A stretch of 64,000 nucleotides of DNA, from positions 5,420 to 69,419 of the forward strand of contig CACJYD010000005.1 of the NCBI GenBank assembly GCA_902597545.1, written 5' to 3'. Every line of letters begins with the position of its first letter. Position 1 is the stretch's first letter. The notes below the pieces were generated by a model. The model was not told the DNA's origin. It saw nothing but the letters and a program-made list of their open reading frames with translations, and ran no database searches. Of the stretch, positions 9,962 through 18,919 are shown in pieces. Source of the DNA: an uncultured Bacteroidota bacterium. Lineage in GTDB: Bacteria > Bacteroidota > Bacteroidia > Flavobacteriales > Flavobacteriaceae. Both the position numbers and the translations under genes were made by a program.

Positions 9962-10725
9962 TCAGGATTCCTTTTTTCATTAAAGGCTTTAATTCCCTCT
10001 AAAAAATCATCGGAGTCTTTCAATTTTCTTAATTCCATATTAAGTTTTTGAATTTTTTTATCATCAATATATAACTCATCATATATCTTTAAGCCTGATT
10101 TAACAGCATTTGGTGACATACTTATAATTTTATTTAGCCATTCAGATATACTTTCGTCAATATTATTATTTACAATTTTTTGAATCAAATTAAATTTATG
10201 ACAGTATTCTGCATCTAACGTTTTTCCTTTTACACACCAATCCATAACAATTCTTTCAGGCATAACTCTTAAAAGTGAATCCATTACTTGAAATGGAAAT
10301 AAACCTCTTTTAACCTCTGGTAGAGATAATTTTATTTCTTTTTTAGAAATTACATGATTAGCACATGCTACTATTAATACACCACCTGCATAAACATTTC
10401 CCTCTAAAACAACTAATTTCGGTTTATGTAATTTGTTAAAGATATCTGCTAACTGTATCGAGTTTTTAGAATCTTTAAAATCATTCAGGTCTAACCCTGA
10501 ACAAAATGTATCTCCATCAGATCTATATATGACTGCCCTAATGGAATCATTAAAATTGGCATAATCTGTACAAATTGCTAACTCCTCAATCATTTTTGAG
10601 TTTAAAGCATTTTTTTTATTTGCTCGATTTAGAGTTATAGCTAAATGATTATTTTCAATCTCAACAATCAGATGTTCAAAAGAAATTATTTCAAAATTTT
10701 TAATTTTTTTCTTATCAAAAAACAT
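9952..10725 (-). CDS. enoyl-CoA hydratase/isomerase family protein (methylglutaconyl-CoA hydratase-like)
   Basis: 257 aa crotonase-fold pattern: LNRANKKNALN, FCSGLDLN, VYAGGVLIVACANHVI. Sits directly downstream of the carboxyltransferase gene. Confidence 0.85.
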   Translation of the reverse strand: MFFDKKKIKNFEIISFEHLIVEIENNHLAITLNRANKKNALNSKMIEELAICTDYANFNDSIRAVIYRSDGDTFCSGLDLNDFKDSKNSIQLADIFNKLHKPKLVVLEGNVYAGGVLIVACANHVISKKEIKLSLPEVKRGLFPFQVMDSLLRVMPERIVMDWCVKGKTLDAEYCHKFNLIQKIVNNNIDESISEWLNKIISMSPNAVKSGLKIYDELYIDDKKIQKLNMELRKLKDSDDFLEGIKAFNEKRNPEWK

Positions 10726-10727
10726 AA

Positions 10728-12326
10728 TTACATTCTAAATGTTCCATATGATTTAGTCCCTTTAATTTTTTCTTTGTAAATAATTTCCAAACAAACTATT
10801 AAATGGTTTCTAGTTTCTCTTGGATCAATTACTCCATCATCCATAACTTCAGATGTTGTATGCCATATTGAAGCTTTTTGTTCTGCATCAATTATTAATT
10901 TCTTTTTTTCTCTGTTAAGTTGTCGTTTATCAATTTTTTTATTTTGTTTTAAGGCAGAATTTATTTTAACAATCTCCATCACTCCAGCAAGTTGTTCAGC
11001 ACCCATCACACCAGATTTAACATTTGGATAAGCAAATAAAAATCGAGGGTCAAAAGATCTTCCACACATAGCGTAGTTACCTGCTCCAAAAGAATTACCA
11101 ACAAGAAGTGTAATATGAGGGACCTCACTTCCTGCAACAGCATGTATAAGCTGTGCACCGTGATTGATAATACCTCCTTGTTCATGCCTTTTCCCTACCA
11201 TAAAACCAGTTGTATTATGCATAAATAAAATAGGTGTATTACTTTTATTTGCTAATTGAATGAATTGAGTTGCTTTCTTTGCTGATTCACTAAAAATCAC
11301 TCCATTACTCGCAATAATTGCTATTTGATGATCATTAATTTTTGACCATCCACACTTCATAGTAGCTCCATACGTACTTTTGAACTCGATAAACTCAGAA
11401 TTATCGACAAATCGCACAATCAAATCCCTAATATCAAAGGGTGTTTTTAGATTTTCAGGTATAATTCCAAGAATTTCTTCTTTATCAAATTTGGGAGGGT
11501 TCTTATCATTTATTTTATCTATAATCCTATCAGAAACATTAAATTCTACAATGTCTCTTGCAATTTTTATGGCATCATTTTCATTTTCTGCTAAAAAATC
11601 TGAAACTCCCGATAAATTACTATGCATAGTTGCACCTCCAAGTTCTTCATCACTTGAGTCCTCATTGGTTGCCATTTTAACTAGGGGAGGACCAGCCAAA
11701 AATACTTTGGCTTGATCTTTTAACATAATAGTATAATCTGACATTCCAGGAACATAAGCTCCACCTGCAGTTGAGTTTCCAAAAACAATAGAAATATTTA
11801 ATACGCCATGTTTACTTCTTTGGGACATATCTTTAAACACTGAACCATAATTATTAAACACTCTGTCCTGATCCGGAAGATTTGCACCTCCACTTTCAAC
11901 AAGATTTATAGTTGTAAGTTTATTCTCTGTAGCAATCTTACATAATCTAAGATTTTTTAGACTTGTGCCATAATCAACAACACCACCTTTTTTAGTACCG
12001 ATATTTGCATTGATAATGCATAATTTTTTTTTAACTAAACCAATTCCTGCTATTGTAGTACCACCAGGACCAAATCCATTTTCATGTCTGAGACCTGCTA
12101 AAGACATTAATTCTATAAATGGACTATCTTCATCTAGAAGCTTTGTGATCTTGTCTCTGGATAATGACTTTCCACTTTGTTTAGCTTTTTTTAATGCAAA
12201 TTCACTTCCTTGTATCTTGCTAAGCTTTAAATATGAGTTGAGTTCTTTTACAAGTTCAATCATCGCTCTTTTATTTGTCTTAAAAGAGGCACTCTTATTA
12301 TTAATTGAAGATTTAAAAACTTTCAT
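10728..12326 (-). CDS. acyl-CoA carboxylase carboxyltransferase (beta) subunit, methylcrotonyl-CoA carboxylase-like
   Basis: 532 aa. LSRDKITKLLDEDSPFIELMSLAG, GGANLPDQ and NSFGAGNYAMCGR are typical of MCCase/PCCase beta subunits. No biotin-carboxylase alpha subunit is in the window. Confidence 0.88.
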   Translation of the reverse strand: MKVFKSSINNKSASFKTNKRAMIELVKELNSYLKLSKIQGSEFALKKAKQSGKSLSRDKITKLLDEDSPFIELMSLAGLRHENGFGPGGTTIAGIGLVKKKLCIINANIGTKKGGVVDYGTSLKNLRLCKIATENKLTTINLVESGGANLPDQDRVFNNYGSVFKDMSQRSKHGVLNISIVFGNSTAGGAYVPGMSDYTIMLKDQAKVFLAGPPLVKMATNEDSSDEELGGATMHSNLSGVSDFLAENENDAIKIARDIVEFNVSDRIIDKINDKNPPKFDKEEILGIIPENLKTPFDIRDLIVRFVDNSEFIEFKSTYGATMKCGWSKINDHQIAIIASNGVIFSESAKKATQFIQLANKSNTPILFMHNTTGFMVGKRHEQGGIINHGAQLIHAVAGSEVPHITLLVGNSFGAGNYAMCGRSFDPRFLFAYPNVKSGVMGAEQLAGVMEIVKINSALKQNKKIDKRQLNREKKKLIIDAEQKASIWHTTSEVMDDGVIDPRETRNHLIVCLEIIYKEKIKGTKSYGTFRM

Positions 12327-12347
12327 TAATTAAAACCCTTTATAATA

Positions 12348-12379
12348 AAAGAAAGAGCAACTGCTGTTGCTCTTTCTTT
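12348..12379 (-). terminator. rho-independent terminator downstream of the TonB-dependent receptor
   Basis: Perfect 14-bp stem AAAGAAAGAGCAAC/GTTGCTCTTTCTTT with a 4-nt loop. On the minus strand it runs into the T-rich sequence TTTTATTAT. It lies 52 nt after the receptor stop. Confidence 0.7.
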
Positions 12380-12430
12380 AGTTTCTGTCTGTTATTCAAT
12401 TATAAATTGATAACAAATAATCTTAGAGTT

Positions 12431-14923
12431 TTAGAATTGATATTTTAAAGATGCAACAGCAGATGTTCCAATCTCAGGCATACCACTATAAACTCTATAT
12501 TTTTTACCAAGTAGGTTACTTACATTTACTCCAAGTTGAGTTTTCTTACTAAACTTGTATCCAAAATGTGCATCCCATACAGTTCTTTTTGGAACGAATC
12601 CACTATACCATCCTTGATTCGCTGTAAAAGAATTTTGATATCTCATAGATAATCCACCAGAGAAACCTTTAACTGGGTAATAACTCATACCTGCTTTAAC
12701 TCTGTGTTTAGGAGTATTTAGATTGTAAGTAGAACTTCCAGTTTCATCTTCTCCTATATCTTCTTTTTCAAAAAAGTTTTGAGATAACCATGAGTAATTC
12801 GCATAAAATGAAATATTATCAGTTGCTGCGTATTCTGTTGAAACATCTGCACCATAAAATTCTATTTCACCAAAGTTTTTGTACCCAACGTTGATAGGAC
12901 CTCTCATGAATGTTTGATCTGAGTTAACAATTCCTACAGGAGCACCAGTAAGTGCTGTATATCCAGTTGCGAATCCATTACCCATTATTTGTCCTAATAA
13001 TTGAGCAAGTAAACTTCCACCAAGCGATCTCCCAAATGTAAATCCAAGTGCATCAGCAATATCAGTTGCCGCAGAAGCTGGTAATTGAGCAAAAGGACTA
13101 ATTATTTCAAGCGCTGAAAAATTTTCTTTTGTTTGTCTGTAAACATCAACACCAACTTTCCATTTACCTAACTCAGCTTTGTATCCAATCTCGTATGTTG
13201 TTTCAGTTCCAATAGATGCAGTATCAGTCGGTTCGAGATTTGTGTTGTTACCAACAAGATCAACAGGTATAACAAAACTGTTAGCTATAATCGAACTCCA
13301 AACGGTAGGACTTTGCAAAAATGCTGGTACATTAACAAATAGTCCAACCACTGACTGAGATAATGCTGGAATCATTTGTGGAAGCAATCCTAAGTATATA
13401 GAAAATAAATCCATTCCAAGTCCTTGGTACCATACAGGATTTAAAGCTTGAATTTGATCAATTCCTGGAATTGCCCATGTTACATATGGATTGTTAAAAG
13501 TTTGTTGAGTGGCATTACCAGCTATGTGATTAGGTATACCCCAACTAAAACCTAAATGATCAGCAAACATCGTTTGAGCATTACTACTAGTAGTTGCCTG
13601 GCTAGCTGTTAATCTTATTGAGCTAGTTGGACTAGTTTTAAAAATTAAAGAAGCTTTTGGAGCAAAAGCACCTTCGTTGATGTTAGTATACTGATCGTAT
13701 CTACCTCCAAGAATTAAATTAACATTATCAGAGATTGAAGTGTTAGTTTGAAAATAAGCACCATAAACTCTCATCTCAGATCCATCATTTCTACCAAATA
13801 ATCCACCAGCAGTCATTTCTTCCGGTGTTGATGCTTGCGCATTCCAGTTAGTATTAAATGATGAAAGTTTGTGATCTAAACCAAGGCTAACATCTGTATT
13901 TCCAAGGGTTAGGTCATACTGTAATTGAGCTTGACTTTCAGTAATATCATTAGTATTCTTAAATGTATTGTTTTGAGTTGTTCTGTAGTAGTAGCCCTGA
14001 TCTTCAGCCTCAAATGGAGATTCGCTTTGACTGTAGCTATACTGTGCAGTTAAATTACCACTTTTAGCTTTTAGGTTAAAAAAGTGATTTTGGTTGTTTT
14101 CAAAAGCCTCACCATAAAACTCGCTCCATGATAAACCTTCTCTTCCATTGACACCAACTTGAGCAGTTACTTCAACATCTGAGGATGGTCTGAAGTATAG
14201 AGTTGCATCAACATTGTAGCCTGTAGCTTTTTCAAGTAATTGTCCACCAGTTTGCAATGCAGTTGTTTCATCAATTTCATACTCTCCATTTTCACTATAT
14301 CTTGCATTAATTTTATATCCAAATGTACCACTATCATTTGCTGCTGCGTGTCTAACAGAAGCTTGAAAAATATCCCAGTTACCTTTACCAAGCATTGATT
14401 CCTGGTTTGCAAGGCCACCTGATGAAATTTCCATCGATGTTCCTGGATATTTAAAAGGGTCCTTTGACATAAAGTGAACAACACCAGAATTAGTGTAGGC
14501 ACCATATGCGGATGATCCTGTACCGCGAACAACTTCAATTTTTTCAAGATCTAATCCAGAAAGATTGGTATTTGCAGCATCAAATACTTGTAGTCCAATA
14601 GTAGATATTTGTCTACCATCTAGAAGTACAACTGTTGTTGTGTTAAAAACACTTGCACCGTCCCTAAGTGTAATGTTATATCTATTTGCACCTTGTCTGT
14701 CTAATGTAAGCCCAACAACATTGTCAAGTAGCTGAGTAACATTAATAGCTGGTCTATTCTCGATTGTTTTTGCATCAATCACTGTTGTAGATGAAGGAGC
14801 ATCTACAGCTTTTTCAGCTTTTTTTGATGCAGAAAAAACCATTTCTTCTTTTTCCTGAGCATTGACAAATAAAATACCAGAAAGAATAAAAAGAAAGCTT
14901 GATAGATAGAATTTAAGTTTCAT
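12431..14923 (-). CDS. TonB-dependent outer-membrane receptor (not SusC-type)
   Basis: 830 aa. Signal peptide, plug-domain motifs (TVIDAKTIENRPAINVTQLL, IEVVRGTGSSAYG) and a C-terminal beta-barrel ending in ...SLKYQF. No adjacent SusD-like gene. Confidence 0.92.
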   Translation of the reverse strand: MKLKFYLSSFLFILSGILFVNAQEKEEMVFSASKKAEKAVDAPSSTTVIDAKTIENRPAINVTQLLDNVVGLTLDRQGANRYNITLRDGASVFNTTTVVLLDGRQISTIGLQVFDAANTNLSGLDLEKIEVVRGTGSSAYGAYTNSGVVHFMSKDPFKYPGTSMEISSGGLANQESMLGKGNWDIFQASVRHAAANDSGTFGYKINARYSENGEYEIDETTALQTGGQLLEKATGYNVDATLYFRPSSDVEVTAQVGVNGREGLSWSEFYGEAFENNQNHFFNLKAKSGNLTAQYSYSQSESPFEAEDQGYYYRTTQNNTFKNTNDITESQAQLQYDLTLGNTDVSLGLDHKLSSFNTNWNAQASTPEEMTAGGLFGRNDGSEMRVYGAYFQTNTSISDNVNLILGGRYDQYTNINEGAFAPKASLIFKTSPTSSIRLTASQATTSSNAQTMFADHLGFSWGIPNHIAGNATQQTFNNPYVTWAIPGIDQIQALNPVWYQGLGMDLFSIYLGLLPQMIPALSQSVVGLFVNVPAFLQSPTVWSSIIANSFVIPVDLVGNNTNLEPTDTASIGTETTYEIGYKAELGKWKVGVDVYRQTKENFSALEIISPFAQLPASAATDIADALGFTFGRSLGGSLLAQLLGQIMGNGFATGYTALTGAPVGIVNSDQTFMRGPINVGYKNFGEIEFYGADVSTEYAATDNISFYANYSWLSQNFFEKEDIGEDETGSSTYNLNTPKHRVKAGMSYYPVKGFSGGLSMRYQNSFTANQGWYSGFVPKRTVWDAHFGYKFSKKTQLGVNVSNLLGKKYRVYSGMPEIGTSAVASLKYQF

Positions 14924-14988
14924 AATATATAGTTTGTTAATTATTTTCTCGGTTCTAATTTAAGAATATTTTCAATTCTAAACTTATT

Positions 14989-15006
14989 TTGTGCAAATTT
15001 ACACAA
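14989..15006 (-). promoter_or_regulatory. imperfect palindrome TTGTGCAAATTTACACAA containing a -7 box (TAAATTTG on the minus strand) upstream of the TonB-dependent receptor
   Basis: TGTGc-N6-aCACA inverted repeat centred about 74 nt upstream of the receptor ATG. The minus-strand core (14994-15001) matches TAnnTTTG exactly. Confidence 0.4.
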
Positions 15007-15049
15007 TAAATTGGAAATGGTTAATCTGATATGTAGAAGAAACTAAATA

Positions 15050-16723
15050 TTATTCCCAGATAACATCATTTTCTGATTTGTACCAACTGTCATAGCTTTC
15101 AGAAAATCTTTCATCAATTTTAGCTCTCTTTATTTTTAGTGTTGGTGTTGCAAGACCATTATCAGGGAGCCATTCTTCTTTAACTATAACAATTTTTTTG
15201 ATTTTTTTATAACCTTCTAATTTTGAATTAACTTCTGCAAGTAGCTCTGAAAGTTTTTGGCTAATATTTTCTTTGTCATTTTTTGCAATTTCAGTAGGAA
15301 CTGCTAATAAAATAGGTTGATCAAGTCCTAACCCCACAATGCATAACTGCTGAAATTCTGTAACTTTTCCAAAATATGATTCTAATACGCTTGGTTCAAT
15401 ATATTTACCCTTACTAGTTTTGAAAATGTCTTTAACTCTCCCAGTTATGTATAAAAAACCATCATCATCAATATAGCCCATGTCTCCTGTATGTAACCAA
15501 CCGTCAATTAATGTCTGATTCGTCATTTTTTCGTTCTTATAGTAGGAATCAAGTAAAAAAGGACCCGACATACAAACTTCTCCTTCATCAGTAATTTTTA
15601 AATCTACACTTGGGCTACTTTTTTTGCCAACTGACCCAACACCGAGTGGTTGAAAAGGATCTAAATTTGTACAAACGCAGCAATTTTCGGTCATTCCATA
15701 ACCATTAACAATGTATACGCCAATGTTTTTATACCATTCAAGTAATGGCACAGGCATGGCAGCGGCACCAGAGACTATGACTCTAACTTTTGACCAACCC
15801 AAAGCTGCTCTCAATTTTTTCTTAATAATTGAGGAAATTATTGGGATCTTTAAAAGAATATTAAGCTTTTTCTGAGACATCTTTTCTAGTACCTTTTCTT
15901 TAAATTTTGTATAAATCCTAGGAACACCCTGAAAAGTTGTTGGCTGAACTTCTGCCAGATTTTTTCCAAAAGTATCTAGCGATTCAACAAAGTTTATGTT
16001 TCCACCATAACGAAGACATGACCATTCTATACAAATTCTTTCAAAAATATGATTGAGGGGTAGATATGAAATAAACCTGTTATCACCAAACGTACTAACA
16101 CCAAGAGGATTGTAGGCTTCATGAATTTCTTTGGTATTCATCAATGATTCATACTTAATAACAGCACCTTTTGAGTCACCAGTTGTTCCAGATGTAAAAA
16201 TTATTGTCCAAACATCATCTTTTAAAGGATAATAATTCTCAGTTTGGGGTTCAAACTTGTTAATAAAATCATCCCATTGATAACCTTCATTAACCTTTGA
16301 ATTCCCTTCGTAATGGGGAAATGCAATAATTGGAAGGTTTTCAGTATCAATGCCTTTTTTCATTTCATCCCAATTATTCTCCAATTTACCAACAAATAAA
16401 GCCTCAACGTCTCCAAAGTCGATTAGATGCTTCATCTCATTAGATTTTAGAGTTGGAAAAAACGGAACTGAAATAAATCCTGCCATCGTTATTGCAAGGT
16501 CAGCAATTATCCATTCGCTACAATTTTTTGAAACTAATCCTATATGGCTTTTTTCTTTTAGACCTAAGCTCTTTAGTCCAGTTGCTAATTTTCTTGCAGC
16601 TAAACCAGCTTCAGCCCAGGTATATTCTTTCCAATTATCTCCAATAGGTTGTCTTAAGAAAGGTTCGTTTTTTAGCCTAGATTCACATTCATAGAATGGA
16701 AAATCAAAATGTTTGTTAGTCAT
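15050..16723 (-). CDS. long-chain-fatty-acid--CoA ligase (AMP-forming acyl-CoA synthetase)
   Basis: 557 aa. AMP-binding motif IIFTSGTTGDSKGA, plus GYGMTE, WLHTGDMGYIDDDGFLYITGRVKD and TPTLKIKR. Confidence 0.9.
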   Translation of the reverse strand: MTNKHFDFPFYECESRLKNEPFLRQPIGDNWKEYTWAEAGLAARKLATGLKSLGLKEKSHIGLVSKNCSEWIIADLAITMAGFISVPFFPTLKSNEMKHLIDFGDVEALFVGKLENNWDEMKKGIDTENLPIIAFPHYEGNSKVNEGYQWDDFINKFEPQTENYYPLKDDVWTIIFTSGTTGDSKGAVIKYESLMNTKEIHEAYNPLGVSTFGDNRFISYLPLNHIFERICIEWSCLRYGGNINFVESLDTFGKNLAEVQPTTFQGVPRIYTKFKEKVLEKMSQKKLNILLKIPIISSIIKKKLRAALGWSKVRVIVSGAAAMPVPLLEWYKNIGVYIVNGYGMTENCCVCTNLDPFQPLGVGSVGKKSSPSVDLKITDEGEVCMSGPFLLDSYYKNEKMTNQTLIDGWLHTGDMGYIDDDGFLYITGRVKDIFKTSKGKYIEPSVLESYFGKVTEFQQLCIVGLGLDQPILLAVPTEIAKNDKENISQKLSELLAEVNSKLEGYKKIKKIVIVKEEWLPDNGLATPTLKIKRAKIDERFSESYDSWYKSENDVIWE

Positions 16724-16784
16724 GATTACAATTTAAAAAAAATACATTAAATGACTATATTAATATCAAATTAATTGTTTACAA

Positions 16785-17258
16785 ATGGAGAACCAAAAAT
16801 TAAAAACAGAACTTAATAATATTCAAGATTTAAAGAAATATGTTGGAAAAGAAATTGGAATTACTGATTGGTTCCAAATTACTCAAAATGATATTAATTC
16901 GTTTGCAAAATTAACACATGACGAACAATGGATTCATACTGATATTGAAAAATCAAAAAAATATTCACCTTATAAAACAACTGTAGCTCACGGTTTTTTT
17001 ATATTATCATTATCTATAAAATTTATTTATGAAACTTTTAATATTAAAAGTGTAAAAATGGGTGTTAATTACGGATTGGACAGAGTAAGATTTATGAGTC
17101 CAACTTTTTCCGGAGGGTATATTAGAGCATTTATTTCACTTGTTGATGCTGAAATTAATGCTGAGTCTGTTAAGTATAAAATGTCTATTACATTTGAACA
17201 GAAAGGTCAAGAAAAACCTGTTTGTATAGCAGAATTCTTAGCTATGGGATATGAATAA
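16785..17258 (+). CDS. MaoC-like (R)-specific enoyl-CoA hydratase / hot-dog fold dehydratase
   Basis: 157 aa. FAKLTHDEQWIHTDIEKSKKYSPYKTTVAHGF matches the MaoC dehydratase pattern (D-x4-H...AHG). Confidence 0.85.
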   Translation: MENQKLKTELNNIQDLKKYVGKEIGITDWFQITQNDINSFAKLTHDEQWIHTDIEKSKKYSPYKTTVAHGFFILSLSIKFIYETFNIKSVKMGVNYGLDRVRFMSPTFSGGYIRAFISLVDAEINAESVKYKMSITFEQKGQEKPVCIAEFLAMGYE

Positions 17259-17407
17259 TTAAGATATTATAATTTTAATACCAATTTTTTAAAAATATTC
17301 TAACATTTATTTGATGATTTTGATAATATTTTAAAAACATGAACTTCTTAATGATTTGGTAATGTACTTATTTTACAAAAAATTTAAATTTATAAAAAAC
17401 AATAATT

Positions 17408-18172
17408 ATGAAAAGACTTATTTACACCGCAGTTTTATTTTTTTTCACATCAATTTCTTTTAGTCAATATTTTATGATTTACGAATTTGAATCTGAAAAT
17501 CAAGACGATACAATGGGTATGTTCGATTTAATGATGACAGCTACCAAGGAAGTAACTGGTAAGGATTTAAACGTTGTCTCATTTCAAAAAGAACTTTCAA
17601 ACACTCATTTTGTAGTTAGGACTTACTCTAGTTTACAGGAATGGGTTGATGAAGATAATGCTTCTGAAGAGACTGGTGCAAAAATTTTTCAAAAACTTAG
17701 TGGAGTTGAAAATATTCAAGAGAAATTTCTATCGATGCAAAAAGCTACAGATTCAAAAGGAGCTAGGCTATTTGAATTGTTGCCTGAGTATAGTAACATG
17801 GCACCATATATGTCAATGTCAACAGATGAAAAAAAGGAATATAAGTATCGTAGGGTCATACTTTACGATTTAACTGATGCTGGTGAACAAGCATTTTTAG
17901 CTAATCAGAAATTTTGGATTGATGCTGATCAAAAATTAGGAGTTGATTATTTATATGCATTGATGAAGCCTGTATTTGCAACTGATGCTGATTATATGCT
18001 CGTCTTGTTAGACAAATCTAGATTTGACTATCACAAAAACTGGGAAGATAGAATGGAAAAAAGATTTTCGGACAAAGATTTTCAAGAAAATTATGAAAAA
18101 ATTGAGAAGTCTCCAGTAAGTTCTATTGTTGAAGAATGGAATTTAAATTTACTAGAGGAATATATTTATTAA
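17408..18172 (+). CDS. secreted hypothetical protein (first gene of the exported-protein operon)
   Basis: Signal peptide MKRLIYTAVLFFFTSISFSQ. The two halves each begin with a beta-strand-like YxxIYEF / YRRVILYDL segment, which suggests an internal duplication of an alpha+beta domain (by eye). Confidence 0.7.
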   Translation: MKRLIYTAVLFFFTSISFSQYFMIYEFESENQDDTMGMFDLMMTATKEVTGKDLNVVSFQKELSNTHFVVRTYSSLQEWVDEDNASEETGAKIFQKLSGVENIQEKFLSMQKATDSKGARLFELLPEYSNMAPYMSMSTDEKKEYKYRRVILYDLTDAGEQAFLANQKFWIDADQKLGVDYLYALMKPVFATDADYMLVLLDKSRFDYHKNWEDRMEKRFSDKDFQENYEKIEKSPVSSIVEEWNLNLLEEYIY

Positions 18173-18182
18173 TGTGATAATT

Positions 18183-18902
18183 ATGAAAAAAACTTTTATA
18201 CTATTAACCCTTTTAATTTTTAATTCAATTTACAGCCAGACTAAAGTCACAACTGATGAACATTGGTCTGCCTACGCAATAAGTGTACAACCACAAAATG
18301 AAGAAACTGTATTCAATATCATAGATGAGTATTTTTCTGAACATAAGTTGGATGACATTAGAGTAATGCTTTTCTCAATTTTATTTGCAGATCAATCAAT
18401 GGTTGAAGCAACCCATGAAATAGTTTTTGTTGGAAATTCAGATTCCATGAGTAAATTTTATTCTCCAATGAATTTTACAACCGAATGGAATTTATTTTCT
18501 AGTAAAATAAGTAATTTCATAGATAAGACTGTTTGGGCATTAAATGGAAGAGGTCTTGCATCAACAGGACCTGATCCAACTGAGGTTGTATATCCATATG
18601 AACAAATTCTAAATTGGGGACCGGAAAGGGATATTCAAAAATTTAGAAAGGCATGGGTAGAACTCAATAAAAAACACGAAAGAACTGACAGGTCTGCTGT
18701 AATATTTACAATTACTTCATCAGCAGATCATAAATGCGGTGTTGTATTAAGGTATCCATCTTACAAAGCTATGTTGACTTCAAATGCAGAATATGCAAAA
18801 AATAATCCATCATGGCAAAAGGATTGGCAAACATATTTAAAAGAAAATGGTGGTGGACAAATAACTAGAAACTTTTCGAGAATTTTATTAAAAGAATGGT
18901 AA
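18183..18902 (+). CDS. secreted hypothetical protein (second gene of the operon)
   Basis: The ATG at 18183 gives signal peptide MKKTFILLTLLIFNSIYSQ. The listed 18174 start is a GTG 3 codons upstream. Two-part alpha+beta-like layout similar to the upstream gene. Confidence 0.7.
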   Translation: MKKTFILLTLLIFNSIYSQTKVTTDEHWSAYAISVQPQNEETVFNIIDEYFSEHKLDDIRVMLFSILFADQSMVEATHEIVFVGNSDSMSKFYSPMNFTTEWNLFSSKISNFIDKTVWALNGRGLASTGPDPTEVVYPYEQILNWGPERDIQKFRKAWVELNKKHERTDRSAVIFTITSSADHKCGVVLRYPSYKAMLTSNAEYAKNNPSWQKDWQTYLKENGGGQITRNFSRILLKEW

Positions 18903-18919
18903 ACTAAAAATTAAAAATT

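Noticed and set aside
11380-12333. ORFs listed on the strand opposite to long genes. Examples are 11380-11715 and 12010-12333 inside the carboxyltransferase, 16350-16694, 28714-29175, 30859-31164, 46636-46947, 55550-55816, 61561-61854 and 958-1197.
   Set aside because: Each lies wholly inside a longer ORF that has clear family motifs. Their translations are low-complexity Ser/Leu/Ile/Phe-rich strings, typical of antisense frames in AT-rich DNA, and none has a recognisable motif.
12431-14923. SusC-like transporter / polysaccharide utilisation locus.
   Set aside because: There is no SusD-like lipoprotein gene next to it and no carboxypeptidase-regulatory-like N-terminal extension, and it is only 830 aa. 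The neighbouring genes are acyl-CoA enzymes, not glycoside hydrolases.
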